Assembly (NCBI GenBank): GCA_964594835.1
Contig: CAZQNA010000001.1
Location: forward strand, 1-64,000
Length of the DNA: 64,000 bases
Direction: 5' to 3'
DNA from: an uncultured Nitrososphaerota archaeon
Lineage (GTDB): Archaea > Korarchaeota > Korarchaeia > Korarchaeales > Korarchaeaceae
The position numbers and the translations under genes are program-made. Positions 1 through 7,233 of this stretch are shown here, in pieces. Every line of letters begins with the position of its first letter. Within the stretch, counting starts at the first letter, position 1. The notes under the pieces were generated by a model, which had not been told where the DNA came from, searched no databases, and saw only the letters and a program-made list of their open reading frames with translations.

Positions 1-558
1 TCTGGAAACTGATGATGCTATCGGTGGCGATGGTAACAATCGTTGGTGGAATGTGGGAGATCCTGACATTCACTTCGGGATATGCAGAATACAAAATTGC
101 GAGAGCTTTGAGTGTCGACTACACGCACCTCGTAGCGGGCGTGATCCTTATCAGCGTGACGGCCACAGAGCCGGTGAACCTTCACCTGGCGAGGGCTATG
201 GGCCAGCTCGCGTCGATCTCGCGGGATCCGATTCCCGCCGCGTCCATCCCCATCTTCCTCGCGTCCGGCGCCGGCGCCATGTGCCAGAACGTGGCCTGGA
301 GCGGCTTCATTCAGGCCAGGATTCAGAGGGCCCTGGGGTGGGACTGGAGGGGGCTGTCGTGTATCTCTCGGTGATGATACCCCTCTTCCTGTTCTACTTT
401 GAACCGCACGCCTCGCTCCAGTCCCTGATGGCCTTCGGACCCGGAGCGGCCTTGGGCATGGCCGTGGACGCGCTGACATACCACAGGTCACGAGGATAGC
501 CCCGCCGGCCCTCTGGCACTGGATCGCCAACTCGCTGGGCTTCCTCCCGGTGGGCTGA
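1..558 (+). pseudogene. Degenerate CPBP/Abi (CAAX protease-like) membrane protein with two frameshifts; probably 5'-truncated by the window edge
   Basis: Hydrophobic ORF 12..374 continues in a second frame (AVVYLSVMIPLFLFYF...TYHRS, to 499) after a G5 run at ~349-353, then in a third frame (RIAPPALWHWIANSLGFLPVG*, 493-558) with the CPBP HxxxN motif. The EExxxR motif is replaced by QNVAWSG. Confidence 0.6.
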
Positions 559-628
559 AGGCCGAAGGTTATATTCCGGGGGCGGGAATTCGCTGGGTGC
601 TGTTCTGAGCAAGAGGATCCCGACCGGG

Positions 629-1495
629 ATGGGTTTTGAGATCGAGGTGCCCTCCTCCTATCAGAGGCTGATGGAGGAGGCCGAGGCCCACATCGACGCC
701 TCCCTTCAGGGGCGTCCGAAGGCCCGGAAGATGTGGGACCTGCTGAGGGCCGACCCCGAGGTCAACGCCTGCTGGGACATGGCGGACTACATCACCACCG
801 CCAAGCTGAGGTACAACGACCACGGCGAGGTCCACGCGAAGGTCGTGGCGGCGAACGCCCTGAGGATGCTGGACCTCCTCCTCGACGCCGGAGTCCTGCC
901 GGACGTCATGGCGGACGGGGGAGGGGACGAGGACGACGCCCACCTCATCGTGCTGGCGGGCGGGCTCCTGCACGACATAGGGAACCAGGTCCACAGGAGG
1001 GAGCACAACGTGGCCGGCGTCTACCTGGCGATCCCCATCCTGAGCAGGCTCCTGCCTGAGGTCTACGGGAGGACCGAGTTCGCGTACGAGATCAGGGCCA
1101 GGATCCTGCACTGCATCTACGCCCACGAGTTCGAGGTGGAGGACCTCACGCTGGAGGCTGGCCTAGTGGGCGTCGCCGACGGGACCGACATGACCAAGGG
1201 GAGGGGCAGGCTGGCCTACGACTCGGGGAACGTGAACATCCACACAGTCTCGGCGCTGAGCATAGACAGGGTGGAGATCGGGAGGGGGAAGCAGAGGCCC
1301 GTCAGGATAACCGTTCAGATGTCGAACAGCGCGGGGATCTTCCAGGTTCAGGAGACGGTCGGCGAGAAGATAGCCCACAGCCCACTCAGGGATCACGTGG
1401 AGCTGGTGGCCGTCTCAAGGCCCCTGGGCGGGGATAAGGACGACAGGATACTCCAGAGGCTCATCCTGACCGACGGGAAGTGGGTCGCCGTATGA
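629..1495 (+). CDS. HD-domain metal-dependent phosphohydrolase
   Basis: YNDHGEVH, LLHDIGNQVHR, IYAHE and VADGTDM motifs. Confidence 0.85.
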   Translation: MGFEIEVPSSYQRLMEEAEAHIDASLQGRPKARKMWDLLRADPEVNACWDMADYITTAKLRYNDHGEVHAKVVAANALRMLDLLLDAGVLPDVMADGGGDEDDAHLIVLAGGLLHDIGNQVHRREHNVAGVYLAIPILSRLLPEVYGRTEFAYEIRARILHCIYAHEFEVEDLTLEAGLVGVADGTDMTKGRGRLAYDSGNVNIHTVSALSIDRVEIGRGKQRPVRITVQMSNSAGIFQVQETVGEKIAHSPLRDHVELVAVSRPLGGDKDDRILQRLILTDGKWVAV

Positions 1496-1574
1496 AGGGG
1501 CTCGATCTCAACTCGAACCCTTGGTTTAGGTTGCCTAACTGACCCGTTAATACGCTCCTTGGGAAGTAGGGGGG

Positions 1575-2108
1575 ATGTCCCCCCTCTCGCCAGGGGGCGC
1601 CCCCAGGGTGCTGGCTCTGGTCGACGTGACCAGGTCCTACGAGTCGGCCGTTCGGCGGCTCGCCCTTGGACCCCTGAGGAGGTCCTGGGTCCTGGTCCTT
1701 ACCAGAAGGGGGAGTCCGGTGGCCGGCGAGTTTCGCAGGCTCAGGGCGGAATCCCCCAGGGAGGGGAGGGACGTGGCGCTGGCCTACATGGTCTCCGGGG
1801 CCTCCCACCCGAGGGCGGTGGGGGAGTGGGAGTTCGAGCTCGCGCCTTCCCAGCCCCAGGTGGTGGGGATGGTCACCGCCGCCGTCGAGTCGAGGCCGAG
1901 GGGGGTCATGGTGGTGCTGGACAGCCTGACGGACCTCTGCACGCTCAACGGGCTGGGCGACACGAGGGAGCTCGTGAGAAACCTGCTCAGGACGCTGAGG
2001 GCCGTCGACGCGCTGGTGGCGCTCATGGTGAGGTGGGCCCACCCCGCCCAGGAGGTCAGATCGTTCGCCCGACTCATGGGCGTCGAGGAGGTTCTGGAGT
2101 TCCCCTAG
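1575..2108 (+). CDS. Degenerate KaiC/RecA-like domain protein (no Walker A)
   Basis: VMVVLDSLTDL Walker-B-like strand and KaiC-like C-terminal pattern; no GxxGxGK. Confidence 0.5.
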   Translation: MSPLSPGGAPRVLALVDVTRSYESAVRRLALGPLRRSWVLVLTRRGSPVAGEFRRLRAESPREGRDVALAYMVSGASHPRAVGEWEFELAPSQPQVVGMVTAAVESRPRGVMVVLDSLTDLCTLNGLGDTRELVRNLLRTLRAVDALVALMVRWAHPAQEVRSFARLMGVEEVLEFP

Positions 2109-2110
2109 CG

Positions 2111-2134
2111 GTCGTGAAATCGGCCTTTCACGAC
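2111..2134. repeat. Perfect 9-bp inverted repeat GTCGTGAAA-n6-TTTCACGAC
   Basis: Read directly; immediately after the 1575..2108 stop. Confidence 0.6.
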
Positions 2135-2270
2135 ACATCACCCTAGGGGGGAGGTGCACTGGGGGGCCCGGGAGGCATGTCGGATCGCCCTGCGGCCATT
2201 GTAGGATCGAAGGCCACCGAGAGGCCGTTTGAGGGCCGGGGGAGTAGACTCGACTCTGAAGACAAGGTTA

Positions 2271-2305
2271 CATCACCTATAAATTCTGTAGAACCTATAG
2301 TGATG
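2271..2305 (+). promoter_or_regulatory. vapBC promoter with palindromic operator overlapping the TATA box
   Basis: CATCAC-C-TATA-AA-TTCT-gt-AGAA-CC-TATA-GTGATG imperfect inverted repeat directly before the antitoxin start. Confidence 0.55.
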
Positions 2306-2306
2306 T

Positions 2307-2591
2307 GTGCCCACCACCATCCAGGTGAGCGAGAGGACGAAGAGGGAGCTACTGAGATTCGCCTCTGAGCTGCAGGCGCGGCTCGGCAGGAGGGTCAGCT
2401 TCGATGAGGCGATAATGACCCTGTTGGAGGAGAGGAGGCGAAAGAGGCTCTCCAAGGATAGGGTGAGGTCCCTGAGGGGAATCCTGGCCGGGAGGAGAGA
2501 GGAGGCAGAGTCTCTGCTGGCCGAGCTGAGGGCTCAGGGGGAGGAGAGGATTGAGCGCCTGCGAAAATCTTCCGAGGAGGCTCTCGATTGA
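2307..2591 (+). CDS. vapB: VapB-type antitoxin (ribbon-helix-helix)
   Basis: TTIQVSERTKRELL...VSFDEAI N-terminus; overlaps the downstream PIN gene. Confidence 0.75.
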   Translation: MPTTIQVSERTKRELLRFASELQARLGRRVSFDEAIMTLLEERRRKRLSKDRVRSLRGILAGRREEAESLLAELRAQGEERIERLRKSSEEALD

Positions 2592-3006
2592 CTCGAGCGT
2601 GATCATAGCGTACCTCCTCGGGGAGGACCTGGCGGACCTGGTGGAGGAGTGCGTCCTGCTGTCGAGCAGGGAGGTATATGCCCCCAGAACGGCTCTTGTG
2701 GAGACCTACTACGTCACATGCAGACTGGGCGGCAGGGATCGCGCGAGAGAGGTCCTAGAGTCCCTCAGGGGGAGCGGGGTCGTGGAGTTTGTTGGAGACG
2801 ACTCTCTGGACGAGAAGGCAGGGGACCTCAAGTGCTCCAGGGCGATCTCCCTGGCGGACTGCTACGTGATAGCCCTCGCGGAGCTCGTCGGAGGTGCGGC
2901 CGTCTTCGCTCGCCGCGAGGCAGAACTCGCCCGGGAGCAAGAGAGGGAGCCGTTCGGGGTGGATCTGATATTCCTCGAGGACATACTGAGCGGTCGGCCG
3001 TACTGA
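2551..3006 (+). CDS. vapC: VapC PIN-domain toxin
   Basis: LSIDSSVIIAYL, LVETYY and SLADCYVIALA acidic PIN motifs. Confidence 0.85.
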   Translation: MSACENLPRRLSIDSSVIIAYLLGEDLADLVEECVLLSSREVYAPRTALVETYYVTCRLGGRDRAREVLESLRGSGVVEFVGDDSLDEKAGDLKCSRAISLADCYVIALAELVGGAAVFARREAELAREQEREPFGVDLIFLEDILSGRPY

Positions 3007-3140
3007 GGCCAGCCCGGCGGGCTGAACCTTGACCCTCGGAACCGCATGCCCGACCCGCAGGAGCTGCGATCCTCGGCCTCGGCTGAAGACGGCGATGGTC
3101 GGTCCCTCCTTTTATCCGGCTCCCGTCCAGAGCTACTGAG

Positions 3141-4253
3141 GTGTCGTCGGCCGGCGACGGGCGGGGGACGCTCAGGGAGAGGGTAGCCAGGCTCCTCAGG
3201 TCTCGGGGATACCGCGTCCGCGTTGACGAGGTCATGGTCGGCAGGTCCGGCCGAAGGTATGAGGTTCAGGCCTACGCAGAGTACAGGGCGCCCCTCCTCA
3301 CATTCCGCATCGCCGTCGCGTGCCTGGAGAGGGGGGAGCCCGTGGGGGCGGACGAGGTCTACGAGCTCCTCCAGGCCCTCGACGACCTGGGTCTGGACAG
3401 GGGCATCATCGCCACAACCTCCTGGTTTACCCCAGAGGCCATCGAGGCGGCTGGGGGACGCGTGTCCCTATGGGACGGGCCCAGGGTGGAGGAGCTCACG
3501 CGCGACCTCCCCAGGACCTCCTCCCTGCCGCACGAGCTGAGGATCTATCACGTCCCTCCGAGGATCGGGGTAGAGAGGGCCGTTGAGAGGATACGGAGCC
3601 TCCTGAAGAGGCCCATCCTGGGCAAGAGGGAGACACTCGCCTCCAGGGTTGCCCTAATCTACCTCCCGGTATACGAGTTCAGGGCGGCGCCCGCCGGCGC
3701 CCGTGAGGGCGCCTCAGTCGCGCTCGACGCCCTGACCGGGGACATCCTGATCCCGGGTGGGAGGGGGATCAGGAGGGTTAGCCTGCCCAGAGACCTGACC
3801 GAGGTTCACCTGAGGATCCTGTCGGCCCTGAGGTCAGGCCCCGCCCTCGTGGCAGATCTGGCCGAGTCCCTCGGGCTGGAAATCGGTGTCGTGGACTCGG
3901 CGGTCAGGGAGCTCGCTGGAAGGGGGCTCGTGGACGACTCCGAGGTGGAGAGGGTCCGTCTGAGGATCGAGATTCCCACCCTCGAGGGGTCGGGGAGCAT
4001 CCTCAGGCTCGGCGCCAAGAGGGGGAGGCCCGGCGGCAGGAGCATGGAACCCAGGATCCCGGTGGGCGAGGCCGCTGCGAGGCTCGAGATCCTCCTGGGG
4101 GTCGAGACCTCGGGGCCCAGGCTGATCTTCCTGCCGCACTACTACGCCGTGGCCGAGCGAGACGGCTCCAGGAGAGTCGTGTCGGTGGACGGGGTTTACG
4201 GATCAGAGGCCGAGGGGGCCGAGGAGTTGATACAGGGCTTTCTTGGCCTATGA
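3141..4253 (+). CDS. Mrr-like restriction-endonuclease-fold protein with wHTH domain (catalytic residues apparently lost)
   Basis: GYRV...GRSG...RGIIATTSWFTPEA...VSLWDG Mrr pattern; HLRILSAL...LAESLGL...VRELAGRGLV wHTH. Confidence 0.7.
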   Translation: MSSAGDGRGTLRERVARLLRSRGYRVRVDEVMVGRSGRRYEVQAYAEYRAPLLTFRIAVACLERGEPVGADEVYELLQALDDLGLDRGIIATTSWFTPEAIEAAGGRVSLWDGPRVEELTRDLPRTSSLPHELRIYHVPPRIGVERAVERIRSLLKRPILGKRETLASRVALIYLPVYEFRAAPAGAREGASVALDALTGDILIPGGRGIRRVSLPRDLTEVHLRILSALRSGPALVADLAESLGLEIGVVDSAVRELAGRGLVDDSEVERVRLRIEIPTLEGSGSILRLGAKRGRPGGRSMEPRIPVGEAAARLEILLGVETSGPRLIFLPHYYAVAERDGSRRVVSVDGVYGSEAEGAEELIQGFLGL

Positions 4254-4261
4254 GCCCCGGA

Positions 4262-4825
4262 TCACACCGCCTGGGCCATCAGGTAGGCGGCCGGGGTAAG
4301 GGGGAGGGCCACCGCGGCCCCCGTCAGGATCTGGGACGGGGTGTGCGCCTTCAGCCTGAGGCGGGCCAGCCCAACGAGGGGGCTGAGGGCGAGGAGAGCC
4401 AGCCCAGCCGCGCGCCCGAGGAGGAGCAGGATGATGGAGGGTCCGACCACGCCGGCTACGTGGACGCTCCCCTTGGTGTGCAGGGCGTTCACGACCGCCA
4501 TCCCCAGCGTGACGAGGGCGTACGCCAGGAAGGCGAACTCGAGTTCCTCGACCCCCCACAGCTTGAAGGCCAGGAATCCGACCCCGTAGCTGGCGGCCGC
4601 GAGCAGCAGGAGGGGCGTCCTGAGCCACCTCTCGCTGACGAACACGTCGAATGCGCCCGACCTGACCACGGCCAACACCGGGGGCATGGGCGCGAGCACC
4701 AGGAGGGTGAAAGCGATCGAGGCCTCTCCGAGCGTGACTCCAGAGCCGCGAGACAGGGAGATAGCCACGGCCGCCGAGAAAGTCGTCGGGGTCAGCGCGA
4801 GCGAGACGGCCTCCTTCCACCTCAT
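4262..4825 (-). CDS. PAP2-superfamily membrane protein
   Basis: Multiple TM helices, KGSVH and ARLRLKAHTPSQ motifs; ATG at 4825 preferred to the longer ORF start. Confidence 0.65.
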   Translation of the reverse strand: MRWKEAVSLALTPTTFSAAVAISLSRGSGVTLGEASIAFTLLVLAPMPPVLAVVRSGAFDVFVSERWLRTPLLLLAAASYGVGFLAFKLWGVEELEFAFLAYALVTLGMAVVNALHTKGSVHVAGVVGPSIILLLLGRAAGLALLALSPLVGLARLRLKAHTPSQILTGAAVALPLTPAAYLMAQAV

Positions 4826-4959
4826 CGCCCGACCGGGCCCTGGGGGCACAAAACGCCTTCGGGCGGCCAAAGCCCCCGAACCCGGCGACCCCACCGTGGA
4901 GCGCGTGGGGCCCGGAACCTTTTTCCAGGGGCGCGGGTCAGTCAATCGAGGCGGCGAGG

Positions 4960-6378
4960 TTGTCGGCCGACCCCCTGTCACACTACTCCCGCGAGGACGT
5001 GTCGCGGGAGATCGCCGAGTACGCCCGCTCCAGGTGGGTGGCCGTCGAGGCCGCCGCGAGGGGCGGCCGGAGGATGTTCTTCAGGTACAGGGGAGACGCG
5101 CCCCTCACCATAGCCTCCCCTGAGGACGTGCCCTCCGTGGTGAGGAGGTTCGCCTTCGCCAGGCCTCGGGCGGTGTACGCCACCGCGAACCTGTACTCCA
5201 GCCTCGCGTCCAGGTCCGACGTGGACGATCCGAAGAGCGTCTCGGCGACGACGGCCGTCTGGGACATAGACAACAACCTGGAGGGGTGGAGGCAGACCCT
5301 CGAGGCGGCCAGGCTGATAGTCGAGGAGCTAGAGCGGGCCGGGGTGACGAGGTCGGTCTACCTCAAGTGGTCCGGCAGGGGCTGCCACGTCCACCTCCAC
5401 GAGGGGGCGTTCTCTGAGGAGCTGAGGTCGGAGCACCACCCGCTCGACCTGGCGTACGCGGTGGTGGAGTACGTGATCAGGAGGGTGGAGGACCGCGTGG
5501 CGGAGCTTGCCGGGAGCTCTCCTCAGGGACGGAGGGCGCTGGCCGTGGAGAACGACATGGACATGAAGAGGGTCTTCACGGTACCGCTCTCCCTCCACAG
5601 GGAGCTCGACGTCGTGGCCGTCTGCTTCAAGCCCGACGAGATCGACGAGTTCGACCTCGACTGGCTGAGACCCGACGGGTTCAGGCACAACCCCCGCTGG
5701 AGGGAGCACGAGGCGGGCGAGGCCGACGACCTGGCCAGGCGGGCCCTGGGGGAGGTGGGCGGGTACTTCACCGCCAAGGCGTCGGGCGAGGTCAGGACCA
5801 GGGTGGGCGCCCCGCTCAGCAGGGCCCAGGCCAAGAAGACGAGAGCGCCCTCGACCGGCAGGGCCGGGAGGATAGGCCGATTCCAGGTGATGGCCCTCCT
5901 CCAGGCGGCCAGGTACTACCTCGTCCGGGGGGACCTGGAGAGGGCCAAGTCGTTCGGCCTCAACAGGGCGATATTCTACGCCTGGGCCAAGAGGACGGGC
6001 GGCAGGGTGCGAAGACCCAGGCCGACGTCGCCCAGGCAGAGGACCCTCCTAGAGGCCGAGGAGGAGGCCGAGAGGCCGAGGTTCGAGGCCCTGGGAGACG
6101 AGGTGGCCTACCTCTCCGACGATGGGTTCTTCGAGATAGGGGATCAGGTCCAGAGGCCGGAGGACTACGAGAGGCAGATAGCGTCCAAGATAGAGAGGGT
6201 AGTGCCCTACGAGGAGGCCTGGAACGCCGCCCTGAACTACCTGTCCACGTTCCCGCGAGAGGTCCTCCTGAGCCAGAGGGAGTTCTTCGAGAAGGCCTAC
6301 AAGCCCGTGAGGGATCGCTTCCGAGAGGTCCTGGAGAGGTACGCCTCGAAGCGGCCGAGGGGGCTCGACGAGGCCTGA
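4960..6378 (+). CDS. Archaeo-eukaryotic primase (AEP)-fold protein fused to an uncharacterised C-terminal domain
   Basis: Motif I WDID, motif II KWSGRGCHVH, motif III region ENDMD..RVFTVPLSLH; separate C-terminal block GRFQVMALLQAARYY...GLNRAIFYAWAK. Confidence 0.75.
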   Translation: MSADPLSHYSREDVSREIAEYARSRWVAVEAAARGGRRMFFRYRGDAPLTIASPEDVPSVVRRFAFARPRAVYATANLYSSLASRSDVDDPKSVSATTAVWDIDNNLEGWRQTLEAARLIVEELERAGVTRSVYLKWSGRGCHVHLHEGAFSEELRSEHHPLDLAYAVVEYVIRRVEDRVAELAGSSPQGRRALAVENDMDMKRVFTVPLSLHRELDVVAVCFKPDEIDEFDLDWLRPDGFRHNPRWREHEAGEADDLARRALGEVGGYFTAKASGEVRTRVGAPLSRAQAKKTRAPSTGRAGRIGRFQVMALLQAARYYLVRGDLERAKSFGLNRAIFYAWAKRTGGRVRRPRPTSPRQRTLLEAEEEAERPRFEALGDEVAYLSDDGFFEIGDQVQRPEDYERQIASKIERVVPYEEAWNAALNYLSTFPREVLLSQREFFEKAYKPVRDRFREVLERYASKRPRGLDEA

Positions 6379-6411
6379 CCGCCTGGGTGGGGGAAGGCAT
6401 AAGTACCCTCT

Positions 6412-7212
6412 ATGACCCCGACCGACGCGATGAGTGGGCTGGCGGGGCTCAGGATCGTGGACCCCCACTCTCACCACCAGTTCAGCAACTACTCCACGCT
6501 CGTGATGCTCAGGGAGGCCAGCTACCAGGCGGCGGCCTGCCTCTCGTACATACCTGTGAGGCCCTCCTCTGCGTCCACGCTGAGGGACCTGTTCGAGTGG
6601 CTGGTCGAGGAGGAGAGGGCGCGCCTCGAGGGGGTTGGCATCAGGCCCGTGATCGGCGTCGGGATCCACCCCAGGAACATCCCGAGGACGGGCAGGTCTG
6701 ACGCCCTGGACTACGTGGAGGAGTACCTGGCCAGCGCCGACGTCCTGGGGGAGGTAGGGCTGGAGACCGGGTCCGACCTGGAGAGGGAGATCCTCGCGAG
6801 GCAGCTGGACGTGGCCGAGAGGCTGGACAAGCCCGTGATAGTCCACACCCCGAGGAGCGGGAAGGCGGAGGCCCTGCGGCTGATCCTAAGGGTGCTCGGG
6901 GATTCCAGGCTGCAGCCAGAGAGGGTCCTAATAGACCACCTGACCCCCGAGCTGATCCGCGAGGTCCCGAGGGGATACTACCTCGGGCTCACCGTCCAGC
7001 CGGGTAAGCTGAACGAGGGACAGGTTGCCCAGGCTCTGGAGGCCGTCCACGACCGCAGGCTCCTGATGGTGGTGGACAGCGACGCCGGTCGAGAGGACTC
7101 AGACCCCCTGGCGGTCATGAAGGTGGCCCACCACCTCGCCAGCCTCGGGATCTCGCTCGACCAGGTGGAGGACCTGGTGTCCGGGAACGCTAGGAGGTTC
7201 CTCGGGATCTGA
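6412..7212 (+). CDS. TatD-related TIM-barrel metal-dependent hydrolase
   Basis: DPHSH, GIHPR, GEVGLE, IVHTP, IDH and DSD motifs. Confidence 0.85.
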   Translation: MTPTDAMSGLAGLRIVDPHSHHQFSNYSTLVMLREASYQAAACLSYIPVRPSSASTLRDLFEWLVEEERARLEGVGIRPVIGVGIHPRNIPRTGRSDALDYVEEYLASADVLGEVGLETGSDLEREILARQLDVAERLDKPVIVHTPRSGKAEALRLILRVLGDSRLQPERVLIDHLTPELIREVPRGYYLGLTVQPGKLNEGQVAQALEAVHDRRLLMVVDSDAGREDSDPLAVMKVAHHLASLGISLDQVEDLVSGNARRFLGI

Positions 7213-7233
7213 AGAGTGGGCACCTTCAGAGCC

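Noticed and set aside
4842-4877. c-di-GMP-I (GEMM) riboswitch resemblance (GGC..AAA / CAAAGCC)
   Set aside because: No GNRA loop or receptor and no matching P2; kept only as a generic structured candidate
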